Source: Armatimonadota bacterium (lineage in GTDB: Bacteria > Armatimonadota > Fimbriimonadia > Fimbriimonadales > Fimbriimonadaceae). Taken from it: a stretch of DNA of 64,000 nucleotides. How positions within the stretch are numbered: the first letter of the stretch is position 1; the number at the start of each line of letters is the position of its first letter. The notes below the pieces were generated by a model, which ran no database searches, was not told the origin of the DNA, and saw only the letters and a program-made list of their open reading frames with translations. The position numbers were made by a program, and so were the translations under genes. Shown here piece by piece: positions 43,236-52,276 of this stretch. Location: assembly GCA_016789105.1 (NCBI GenBank), contig JAEURN010000010.1, forward strand, positions 51,348 through 115,347, written 5' to 3'.

Positions 43236-45434
43236 ATGAGACGGGCCGCCATTGTTGCCTCGGTATTGGCCTTTGGGTTTGCCGGTGCCGACCTAACGCC
43301 TTTCAAGCCGACGACTTCCGAGTTGGCCGACCTTTACCGGCGCGCCGACACGTTGGGCCAAGGCTCGGCAAACCAAATCCTCAACTGGAACTTAGAGTTC
43401 ACGTGGATCGACAACGACACGTTTTACTACCGGCGCGACGTCTCGGCTGGGATCTGGCGATTCACCACCTTTTCCGTGTCCTCCAAACAAAAGACCGACC
43501 TATTCGATCACAAAAAATTGGCCGACCAGTTGGCAACTCTTTCAGGTTCGGAGATACGCCCGGACCGGTTGGGCATCGAGATCACCCGCGTGACCGGCGA
43601 ATCGGTCATTTTCAACTTCCAAGGAAAGCGGTACGCATGGAACCGCAAAGCAGAGACTTTGGCGGCCGCCGCCCGGCCCGAACCGGTTCCTTTGCAGAAC
43701 CAAGGGGTTGTTTCTCCGGATCGGAAACTGGCGGCGCGCCTTCAAGAGGGCCACTTGGAAATTCGGGCAAACAAACCCGATGGGGAGTGGAAGCCGGTTC
43801 CAGGGGCCGAAAATCTCCAAACGGTCAAATGGTCGCCCGATTCCCAGTTTTTGGCCGCCCAAAGCCAGATTCCGGGAGACCGCCGCCAGGTTGCGGTTTT
43901 CGATTCCAGCAAGCCCGGCACGGTCGCCCAGCTGCGGATGCGGCTTTATGACCAGCCGGGAGACAAGCTCGATACCAGTGAAACGTATTTTTACGGCGTT
44001 GCCAGCGGCAAGCTGGTCAAAGCTGCGCACGAGCCCGTGATATGTGGCGGGCACCCCTGGGCCGCACCCCCCGAACTCAGCTGGTGGCGGCCTCCGGGGG
44101 CAAAATCGCCGTCCGCCCTGATCGAGTACGACATCCGTGGGTTCCAAGAGCAGAAACTGGTTGAGATCAACCCTGAATCTGGCGCAATCACCCCATGGGT
44201 GGACGAGGTTTCCCCGACATTCATCCACCTGAGCGGGTTCTTTTGGCAACGGCTCCCCGGGGATGCGGGGGTCGTTTGGAGGAGCGAGCGGGACGGCTGG
44301 GGACACCTTTACCGGTACGACAGTCCGGGCAAACCCTTCCAAATCACACAGGGCCAGTTCGTGGTTCGGTCGATAGAACGGCTCACTTCCACCGAGGTTT
44401 ACTTTTCGGCCAACGGCCGCGAGCCTGGCGACCCGTACTTCATTCGCTACTATCGGGTCGGATTAGATGGCCGCAACCTGGTGGCCCTGACTCCGGGGGC
44501 AGGCACGCACAAGGCCACCTTTTCGCCAGATTTCAAGCACTTAGTGGATGTGCGCAGCACGGTCCAAAATGCCCCGGTGGCAGAGGTCCGCGACAGCGAA
44601 GGCAAGTTGGTGGCGGAACTCGAAGCCTCGGACGCCGGGCCCCTTCGGGGAGCGGGAATCCGTGGCCCCGTGCCATTTGTGGCCAAGGGCCGCGACGGGG
44701 CGACCGACATTTACGGGATCATCCACTTCCCCACCCACTTCGACCCAGGCAAATCCTATCCCGTGATCGAGGACATCTATGCCGGCCCCCACGATTCGTT
44801 TGTGCCGAAATCTTTTCGACCGGTCTTTTACCAACAGCGGCTCGCCGAGCTCGGTTTCATCGTTGTCCAAATCGACGGGATGGGGACGGCAAACCGCGGC
44901 AAGGCATTCCATGATGTCTGTTGGAAAAATATTGCCGATGCCGGGTTGCCAGACCGGATCCTTTGGATCAAAGCGGCCGCCAGCCAGTATCCCCAGATGG
45001 ATGTTTCGCGGGTTGGGATTTTCGGCACTTCGGCCGGGGGTCAAAGCTCCACCGGCGCCCTGTTGTTCCATCCCGAGTTCTACAAAGTCGCCGTCAGTAG
45101 CTGCGGATGCCACGACAACCGGATCGACAAGTTCTGGTGGAACGAACAATGGATGGGCTATCCGGTTGGCCCGCATTACGAACAGCAGTCGAACATCACC
45201 AATGCGGCCAAACTGCAAGGCGACCTGCTGCTGATGGTCGGCGAATCGGATACCAACGTCCCCCCGGAAAGCACATTCAAGTTGGTCGACGCCCTGCAAA
45301 GGGCCGGCAAAGATTTTGAATTCGTTTATCTGCCAGGTTCAGACCATACGGCGGGCGGGCAATATGGAGAGCATAAGCGGAGGGATTTCTTTGTCCGTCA
45401 TTTGCTAGGGGTTGAGCCCCCGCGGTGGAACTGA
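43236..45434 (+). CDS. S9-family (DPP IV-like) serine peptidase, secreted
   Basis: Beta-propeller region, then YAGPH, RVGIFGTSAGG (nucleophile), GESDTNVP and GSDH motifs. Confidence 0.9.
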   Translation: MRRAAIVASVLAFGFAGADLTPFKPTTSELADLYRRADTLGQGSANQILNWNLEFTWIDNDTFYYRRDVSAGIWRFTTFSVSSKQKTDLFDHKKLADQLATLSGSEIRPDRLGIEITRVTGESVIFNFQGKRYAWNRKAETLAAAARPEPVPLQNQGVVSPDRKLAARLQEGHLEIRANKPDGEWKPVPGAENLQTVKWSPDSQFLAAQSQIPGDRRQVAVFDSSKPGTVAQLRMRLYDQPGDKLDTSETYFYGVASGKLVKAAHEPVICGGHPWAAPPELSWWRPPGAKSPSALIEYDIRGFQEQKLVEINPESGAITPWVDEVSPTFIHLSGFFWQRLPGDAGVVWRSERDGWGHLYRYDSPGKPFQITQGQFVVRSIERLTSTEVYFSANGREPGDPYFIRYYRVGLDGRNLVALTPGAGTHKATFSPDFKHLVDVRSTVQNAPVAEVRDSEGKLVAELEASDAGPLRGAGIRGPVPFVAKGRDGATDIYGIIHFPTHFDPGKSYPVIEDIYAGPHDSFVPKSFRPVFYQQRLAELGFIVVQIDGMGTANRGKAFHDVCWKNIADAGLPDRILWIKAAASQYPQMDVSRVGIFGTSAGGQSSTGALLFHPEFYKVAVSSCGCHDNRIDKFWWNEQWMGYPVGPHYEQQSNITNAAKLQGDLLLMVGESDTNVPPESTFKLVDALQRAGKDFEFVYLPGSDHTAGGQYGEHKRRDFFVRHLLGVEPPRWN

Positions 45435-45926
45435 TTGGCGACTTTCGTCCTGACCGGCCCCCCTGGTGCGGGCAAGACCACCTTGGCTACGCGGATCGCG
45501 GAGAAGGTCTGCCCGACCCTCCACATCCCCGTCGACGACTTGCGATCCTGGGTTGCTTCCGGTCTAGCTGAATCGGTCCCATGGACTGAAGAGACGGAGC
45601 GGCAGTTCCAAATTGCCGAAGAGGCCACCTTGAAGATTGCCCAAACGTATGCGGGCCGTGGCTTCCATGTCGTGATCGACCATTGCCGCAACATCGAACG
45701 CCTCAACATGGTTTTCTCTTGCCTTTCCCCGGTCAAAATCCTCGTCCTCCCCAGTCTAGAAACCACCCTCCGGCAGAACGCGGAGCGCCGAAACAAGGAC
45801 TTTGACCCCCAAGTCTTGGTGGAGACGATCAAATTCACCCACAACGTTTTTTTAAATGCCGATTATTCTGGGTGGGAAGTTTTGCGGTCGCTCAACGATA
45901 TCGACCGGTTCTTAGACTCGCTTTGA
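45435..45926 (+). CDS. P-loop kinase / AAA_33-like protein
   Basis: GPPGAGKTT Walker A; DDLR; VVID. Confidence 0.75.
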   Translation: MATFVLTGPPGAGKTTLATRIAEKVCPTLHIPVDDLRSWVASGLAESVPWTEETERQFQIAEEATLKIAQTYAGRGFHVVIDHCRNIERLNMVFSCLSPVKILVLPSLETTLRQNAERRNKDFDPQVLVETIKFTHNVFLNADYSGWEVLRSLNDIDRFLDSL

Positions 45927-46073
45927 GATCTATTTGCCAAGCAGGGCCAATTGGCCAGGCCCCCGGCTGCGCACCATGGCCCGGCGAATTTTTCCACACC
46001 GGGTGCAAGTTTCTTTCAATTCTGCCGGTCAGTTGGGAACCACAGTGGCCAAAAGGGGATAATTCCGTTAGCG

Positions 46074-46547
46074 ATGTCCGAACTCAAAGATTTCCTCTCC
46101 CAAAAAACGGCGCAGGCCGCCGAGTTTTATGTCCGCGACCTTGAGGCGCTGACTCACGAGCAACTCGATAAATCCCCGGGCGGTTCGGCCCGCGCCGGTT
46201 ACGACTTCACCCATGAGGTGGTGGTGGTCAACAAACGGATCGCCTGCCGGCTGCGCAACGAGGATCCGGGCCCGTGGCCTTTTGGCGAAGGTTGGGCGGT
46301 TTGCCCCGATGGCGAGCGCAACAAAGAGCACCTGGCCGCACAGATCAAATCTTCGGCCCAAGAAATCGTCGATGCCATCCCCGGCGTGCCCGATGAAAAA
46401 TTCAGCGAAGAGTTTGAACTCAACGGCAGCCCGACATCGTTCGCCGACATGGTCGGTTTGGCCTCAATGCACATCATGTACCACGGGGCCCAGCTCAACT
46501 ACCTCCAAGCCATGGGCGGCGATTTGGAAATGCACTGGATGGATTAG
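46074..46547 (+). CDS. DinB/YfiT-superfamily protein
   Basis: HEV...N and HIMYHGAQLNYLQ His pattern. Confidence 0.75.
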   Translation: MSELKDFLSQKTAQAAEFYVRDLEALTHEQLDKSPGGSARAGYDFTHEVVVVNKRIACRLRNEDPGPWPFGEGWAVCPDGERNKEHLAAQIKSSAQEIVDAIPGVPDEKFSEEFELNGSPTSFADMVGLASMHIMYHGAQLNYLQAMGGDLEMHWMD

Positions 46548-47083
46548 CCCTTGACCTTGGCCGCCCGCTCCTCTATCTGCTGTTGGTGGTAGGCGCCGTG
46601 GGCCGTCATGATGCTGAACCCGTCGGTCAGGTTCATCTTGAACAAAGGCAAGATTGGGTTTTGGAAAGTCGCTCCGTTCAAGTCTTTCCCCTTGGCGTCG
46701 TCGAACAATGTCAAGAAGCGTTCGGCGTTCTCCAGATACCGCTCGTAGTCCTTGCGGGACCCTAGCCCGTTGGGGCGGAAACCGCCCGGCACGGGAACCG
46801 CCCTTTTTTCCGAGAGCGCGCCATAGATAAAACGGCCCAAAAAGGATTTGCGCGGTTCGGCCCCGCCATCTTTCGGGGCCCGAGCGGCGGCGGCCCCCAT
46901 CCCGGCAATGTAGGGCTCGATCGAAAGGTTGAGATGTTCAAAGACCTGCCCAACAGACCAAACCCCAGGTTCTGGGGCGATGGCGAATTGTTCATCGGCA
47001 AACGCTGAGACAGCCCGTTTGCAGGCGTCTACGTGGCTTGCAAAGAGCGATTTTTGCTTGTCGAGGAAGTCTTCGGCGTTCAT
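46544..47083 (-). CDS. DinB/YfiT-superfamily protein
   Basis: PEPGVWSVGQVFEHL and HGAYHQQQI motifs. Confidence 0.78.
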   Translation of the reverse strand: MNAEDFLDKQKSLFASHVDACKRAVSAFADEQFAIAPEPGVWSVGQVFEHLNLSIEPYIAGMGAAAARAPKDGGAEPRKSFLGRFIYGALSEKRAVPVPGGFRPNGLGSRKDYERYLENAERFLTLFDDAKGKDLNGATFQNPILPLFKMNLTDGFSIMTAHGAYHQQQIEERAAKVKG

Positions 47084-47206
47084 ACAAGGGTTTTCTAAGG
47101 CGTCGCACGCGGGAAAAGTTCCGCAGAACCTGTGGAAAACAAATTGACTCGCCCCCGGCGTCTGCCCGGATACTCGCGTCCTTAGGTTCAGCCGCACTTT
47201 TCCTCC

Positions 47207-50200
47207 ATGAAACTTAAACGGGTCAAGATTTTCGGGTTCAAGACGTTTGCCGACCGCACCGATGTGGAGTTGGACGGCAATATCATTGCGATCATCGGCC
47301 CCAATGGCTGCGGCAAATCCAACATCGTGGATGCGATCCTTTGGGGTCTTGGCGAGACGAATGCCCGGCACTTGCGCGCGCAGACGGCCAAAGAAGTGAT
47401 TTTTTCCGGCTCAAGCCGGCGAAAGCCGCTGGGGTTTGCCGAGGTTTCCCTCCTGTTCGACAATGAAGATGGCTCGCTCCCGATCGACACGGCAGAGGTT
47501 TCGGTCACGCGTCGCCTGACGCGTTCCGGCGACTCGGACTATTCGATCAACAAGCGCGCATGCCGTTTGCGAGATGTGAACGACCTATTGGCCGATTCTG
47601 GGCTTGGCCGGGCCGGTTACGCGATCGTCACCCAAAGCGACATCGACCAAGCCTTGAGTGCGAGTGCCTTGCAACGCAGAGCTTGGATCGACGAGGCCGC
47701 GGGCGTCCAGCGGTACCGCACGCGCCGCACCGAGTCTTTGAGGAGGCTGGATCACGCCGAGGGCCATTTGCGGCGGATCCACGACATCCTCCACGAAATT
47801 GAGGTTCAACGTGAACCGCTCCGCGAAGAGGCCGAAGCAGCCAAACAGTACAAGGTCACCCTCAATGCCTTGAGGGAAATCGAATGTGCCTTGTTGGGCA
47901 AGGAGCTCGAGGAATCTCTGGCTGAAATCGAGGAATTGGAAAGGAGGATCTCTGCCACCTTGTCCGACGTCGAGCGGGAAAACGACCGGGCGGAATCGCT
48001 CCGATCCGCCCAAAAGCAGATCCTTTTCAAGATCGAGGCATTGGATGCCGAAGCCGAGCGCCAACGGGAAGAGCTGATGACGGCCCAGGGGCGGCTTTCC
48101 CAAGCCCAAAACCAGATCGAACTCGGCAAACAAAAGTTGGAGAGCCTCGCCCTGCTGGAGGCCACTCTGGGGCAGGAATCTGAATCCAATGCCGCCCAAA
48201 CTGCCGAGGCTGAATCGGCGCTGGAACGCGCCCGGAAAGAGGCAAACGAATCGGCAAACGCACTGGAAGCCTTGGAATCCAGCCTCGGATCGGTGGATGC
48301 GGAAGCCCGTGAACTCGCCGCCTCCCTGAAAGCCCTTGATGGGGAGTTGGCCAAAGCGCGGCAAGCCCAAGCCGCCTACGAACGCCGGCAGATCGAAGCC
48401 GAGCACGCAAAGGACCGGCTCCGGACGGTCAAAAAGGAACTGCAAGGTGTATCAGAGTCGATTCCTGACCTGGAGGGCGCGGTTGCCGAAAACGAAAGCG
48501 CCCTTGAAACCTTGGGCTCGGCATTGGAAGGGTTTCGGGCGGAAATCAAAGTCATTGACGGCGAGTTACAAGCGATTGCTGGAAAGGAGGATTCGCATGC
48601 GGCTTCGATGCGCAAGCTCTTGGCCCAGATTGCCTCCCTCGACGGCCGACGCCGAGGCATAGAAGCGACAATCGAAGCGAATGAAGGTCTTTCACACGGC
48701 TCTCGTGCCGTGTTGGAAGCGGTTAAGGCGGGTCGGTTGCCCGATTCCTACACCCCCGTCGTTCATGCCATCCACTTTGAAGGCAACTTGGTCTCGGCCG
48801 TCGAAACGGCCCTGGGCGCGGCGGGCAACGACCTCATCGTCCCCGATGAATCGGCCGCCAAAGAAGCCATCCGATTCTTGAAGGAAAACCGGGCGGGACG
48901 GGCCACGTTCCAACCCGTGCCATTGATGCGGCCCCAAACCCCATCCCCCGAATTGCGGGATCTGCTCGGCAAGCGAGGCGTTGTCGGGTTGGCCAGCGAA
49001 CTGGTCGGTTGCGCCCCGGCCCACCGCCCAGTGATCGACAGCCTGTTGGGGCGCACCGTGATTGTCGAGGATTTGGACACGGCCCTCAAATACGCGAAGT
49101 CGCGCGGATGGAGCCGCCTGGTGACGCTTGACGGTGAGTTGATCCACGCCTCAGGGGCGGTGACCGGCGGCACCCAGGCCAGCCGGGGCAACGGAATCAT
49201 CCATCGGAAAGCCGAACTCGACCAGGTGTCAGACGAACTGGGATCATTGCAACAAAGGCTCTCGGAAATGCAAGCCTGGGATCCCAGTTCGGAGAAGCAA
49301 GCCCTGCAAGACCGCCGGTCTGAAGTCGCCGAGGCACTGGCGGCCCAACGTTCGGAGTGGGAGGAGGCTCGCACCTGGCTGATGAGCTTGAAGCACGAAC
49401 TGGCTCAGACATTGTCCAGCCGGGACATGCTAGAGGCCGAAGCCGCCCGACTCGCTCAACCTCAGGATCAGATGGAGCCGGTGGATTTGGCCGGCATCGA
49501 GTTGCGTCGAGACGAGGCAGTGCAGCTCTTGGCGGCAAAATCGAGTTCCGCAGAATCCGCCCAGGCCCGGATTGTCGAAGCGCGGCAATTGGCGGCCGCC
49601 GCTGCTAACCGCCTGGAAGAAGCCGATCGGCGGCTGGCCGCCATCCGGGGCTCCGCCGAGCAGCGCCAAGCCCGCTTGGCCCACATCGGCCCCGAGCGGC
49701 AAAAATTGGAAACTTCGATCGCCGAGGCCAGTTCGGAGTTAAAAGGTTTGGAAGAGCGCGTCGCCGCTCTACGGGCCAAGAGCCTAACTTCCGCTGAACA
49801 GCGGAAGACGCTCAGCCAAGAAGCGATGACGGCGGGGCAGCAATCCGAAGAAGCCCAAAAGAGCGCGCAATCAGGCTCAGAAATCCTCCACCACTGTGAA
49901 ATCAAGCGGGCCCGGGCCGATAGCCGGAGGTCGGCGGCAGCGGAACGGCTTTTGGAGGAATATGGCCTTTCGCCCGAAGAAGCCTTGGAGGAATCGGCCA
50001 GCTCGCTGGTGGCCCCCGACGCCCCCGCCTTGGTGGCCAAGCTTCGACGTGATTTGAAGGCGATGGGCGATGTCAACCTTGGCGCCATCGAGGCATTCGA
50101 CCGATTGACCGAACGCCATGACGAACTCGCCGGTCAATCTGCCGATGTCGAAGAAGGTATGGCCGAGATCCGGGCCACGATCAAAGAACTGGACGATCGG

Positions 50201-50701
50201 ACACGGCAACGATTTGTCGAGACCTTTGAACAGTTGCAGGCGGCGTTCGGCCAGGTGTTCGTCAAACTTTTGGGAGGCGGAGACGCCGAGATTAGTTTGA
50301 GCGACCCTGCGAACATCCTGGATTCCGGGGTGGAGATCGCGGTGACGATCCCCGGCAAACGCCGGCAGCCGTTGGAGCTTTTGAGCGGCGGAGAACGGGC
50401 GATGTCGGCAATCGCTTTCCTGTTCAGCCTCCTCAAGGTCAAGCCTTGCCCCCTGGTAATCCTTGACGAAGTGGATGCCCCGCTCGATGGCCGCAACGTT
50501 GAGCGGTTCATTTCGATGATGCGCGAGTTCAACGATGTCACTCAGTTCATCCTGATCACCCACAACAACGTGACAATCGAATCGGCCGATGTTTGGATGG
50601 GGGTGACCATGCAAGAGCCCGGATGCAGCACGGTCATCCCGTTCCGGGTGCCCGGATCTGGGTCGGGTGCGCCGGATCGAGCGAACCTCAGCCTTGCATA
50701 A
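47207..50701 (+). CDS. smc: Chromosome segregation protein SMC
   Basis: GFKTFAD, GPNGCGKSNIVDA, long coiled coils, hinge (GRATF, LLGRTVIV, LVTLDGE), LSGGER, ILDEVDAPLD and QFILITH motifs. Confidence 0.96.
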   Translation: MKLKRVKIFGFKTFADRTDVELDGNIIAIIGPNGCGKSNIVDAILWGLGETNARHLRAQTAKEVIFSGSSRRKPLGFAEVSLLFDNEDGSLPIDTAEVSVTRRLTRSGDSDYSINKRACRLRDVNDLLADSGLGRAGYAIVTQSDIDQALSASALQRRAWIDEAAGVQRYRTRRTESLRRLDHAEGHLRRIHDILHEIEVQREPLREEAEAAKQYKVTLNALREIECALLGKELEESLAEIEELERRISATLSDVERENDRAESLRSAQKQILFKIEALDAEAERQREELMTAQGRLSQAQNQIELGKQKLESLALLEATLGQESESNAAQTAEAESALERARKEANESANALEALESSLGSVDAEARELAASLKALDGELAKARQAQAAYERRQIEAEHAKDRLRTVKKELQGVSESIPDLEGAVAENESALETLGSALEGFRAEIKVIDGELQAIAGKEDSHAASMRKLLAQIASLDGRRRGIEATIEANEGLSHGSRAVLEAVKAGRLPDSYTPVVHAIHFEGNLVSAVETALGAAGNDLIVPDESAAKEAIRFLKENRAGRATFQPVPLMRPQTPSPELRDLLGKRGVVGLASELVGCAPAHRPVIDSLLGRTVIVEDLDTALKYAKSRGWSRLVTLDGELIHASGAVTGGTQASRGNGIIHRKAELDQVSDELGSLQQRLSEMQAWDPSSEKQALQDRRSEVAEALAAQRSEWEEARTWLMSLKHELAQTLSSRDMLEAEAARLAQPQDQMEPVDLAGIELRRDEAVQLLAAKSSSAESAQARIVEARQLAAAAANRLEEADRRLAAIRGSAEQRQARLAHIGPERQKLETSIAEASSELKGLEERVAALRAKSLTSAEQRKTLSQEAMTAGQQSEEAQKSAQSGSEILHHCEIKRARADSRRSAAAERLLEEYGLSPEEALEESASSLVAPDAPALVAKLRRDLKAMGDVNLGAIEAFDRLTERHDELAGQSADVEEGMAEIRATIKELDDRTRQRFVETFEQLQAAFGQVFVKLLGGGDAEISLSDPANILDSGVEIAVTIPGKRRQPLELLSGGERAMSAIAFLFSLLKVKPCPLVILDEVDAPLDGRNVERFISMMREFNDVTQFILITHNNVTIESADVWMGVTMQEPGCSTVIPFRVPGSGSGAPDRANLSLA

Positions 50702-50750
50702 ACTTAACTCGATGTCGAATTTTGGCGGGGCAATAGGCTAAATTCCCGAT

Positions 50751-52187
50751 ATGCGCACTCGGATAGCGATTGCCGCCGCCCTCATCGGGGTGGCATCCCT
50801 CGGACACGCTCAAGCGGATCAGGCAACTCTGGACAAAATCGTCCAAGAGGGCAAGATGAACAACCAGGTGATGGTTCACTTGCAAGACCTCACAACCAAC
50901 ATTGGCCCGCGGTTGACGGCTTCGACCAACCTAGAAAAGGCCTATGCCTGGGCTCTGGCCAAATTCAAGGAGTACAAATTGGACAACGTCCACCTGGAAG
51001 AATGGGGAGAGTGGCCAATGGGGTTTGACCGCGGCCCCAGCACGGGCAAAATGGTTGTTCCCCGGGAGGTCAATTTCCAGTTCACGTCCCCATCTTGGTC
51101 CAAGGGGACGGACGGGCCTTTGCGCGGCCCCGCCGTGCCGGCACCGGAAACCATCGCCGAGTTCGACAAGTATTCGTCGCTCTATAAGGGGGCTTGGATC
51201 GTTTACAAAACCCCTCCTCCCCGGATCCCTCGGGCACGTCCCGGTGCGGAGCCTCCCCAACTGACGCCGGAGCAGGTGCAAGCCCAAAAAATCGAGGACT
51301 CGCTCAAGAAGGCCGGAATTTTGGGGCAGGTATTCCCGAGCCGCGACGAGCTGACCATCACTTCCGGAAACTACAACGTCGATCCGGCGAACATGCCAAC
51401 CGACGTCACCGTGACGATCCGCAAATCGGACATGGAGCAGGTTTTTGGCCAACTCGACACGGGCAACAAAGTCGAACTCGAATTCAACTTGGACCATAAG
51501 TTCGTGCCAGGGCCCCGGAAGAATTACAACGTTGTCGCCGAGATTAAAGGAACGGAAAAACCTGACGAAGTCGTGATCTTTGGCGGGCACTTGGACAGCT
51601 GGGATGGCCCGGGCAGCCAGGGTGCGGCCGACAACGGAACTGGGACTTGCACGGTGATCGAAGCCGCGCGGATCCTGAAGGCGGTGGGTGCCAAACCCAA
51701 ACGGACGATCCGGTTCATTTTGTTCACGGGAGAGGAACAAGGTCTGTTTGGATCGCGCGCCTATGTTGAGCAACACAAGGCCGAAATGGACAAGATCAGT
51801 TGCGTCTTCATTGAAGACGGCGGGGCCAACTATGAAGGCGGCACCTATGCCCTGGCAGAAATGGTGCCCATGTTCGACCAGATCATGGCGACGATGAACA
51901 AGGCGTTCCCCAACATGCCCGTGAAAATGAGGACCGTGGCCCAGATGCCCAGGGGCGGCGGGAGCGACCATGTCCCATTCAACGCGATCGGGGTTCCTGG
52001 TTTCTTTTGGGATGAGACCGGGATGTTCGATTATGGCTATGTCCACCACACCCAGCACGACCGGATCGAGTTGGTGCCCTACAACTACATGGTCCAAAGC
52101 GCCACCAACAGCGCCGTCGCGACCTATTCGATCGCTTGCGCCAAAACTCTCATGCCCCGCGCGCCCAAGGCGGCACCGGGGAACTGA
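50751..52187 (+). CDS. Secreted M28-family carboxypeptidase-Q-like peptidase
   Basis: GGHLDSWD, GAADNGTG, GEEQGLFGS, GSDHVPF and HHTQHD motifs. Confidence 0.88.
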   Translation: MRTRIAIAAALIGVASLGHAQADQATLDKIVQEGKMNNQVMVHLQDLTTNIGPRLTASTNLEKAYAWALAKFKEYKLDNVHLEEWGEWPMGFDRGPSTGKMVVPREVNFQFTSPSWSKGTDGPLRGPAVPAPETIAEFDKYSSLYKGAWIVYKTPPPRIPRARPGAEPPQLTPEQVQAQKIEDSLKKAGILGQVFPSRDELTITSGNYNVDPANMPTDVTVTIRKSDMEQVFGQLDTGNKVELEFNLDHKFVPGPRKNYNVVAEIKGTEKPDEVVIFGGHLDSWDGPGSQGAADNGTGTCTVIEAARILKAVGAKPKRTIRFILFTGEEQGLFGSRAYVEQHKAEMDKISCVFIEDGGANYEGGTYALAEMVPMFDQIMATMNKAFPNMPVKMRTVAQMPRGGGSDHVPFNAIGVPGFFWDETGMFDYGYVHHTQHDRIELVPYNYMVQSATNSAVATYSIACAKTLMPRAPKAAPGN

Positions 52188-52223
52188 ACTCCTAAGAACC
52201 CGGCGTTTGGCCGAGAAGAATAG

Positions 52224-52257
52224 AATGCCCCGTGGCTTTTGCCACGGGGCATTTTTT
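52224..52257 (+). terminator. Intrinsic terminator
   Basis: aatgccccgtggc-tttt-gccacggggcatt 13-bp stem followed by a T-run. Confidence 0.85.
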
Positions 52258-52276
52258 GAGGACATGGAAGAGGGCC

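Noticed and set aside
47131-47139. DnaA-box variant (TTTTCCACA on the minus strand) upstream of smc
   Set aside because: A single degenerate box with no cluster or AT-rich unwinding element; not an origin, and plausible by chance.
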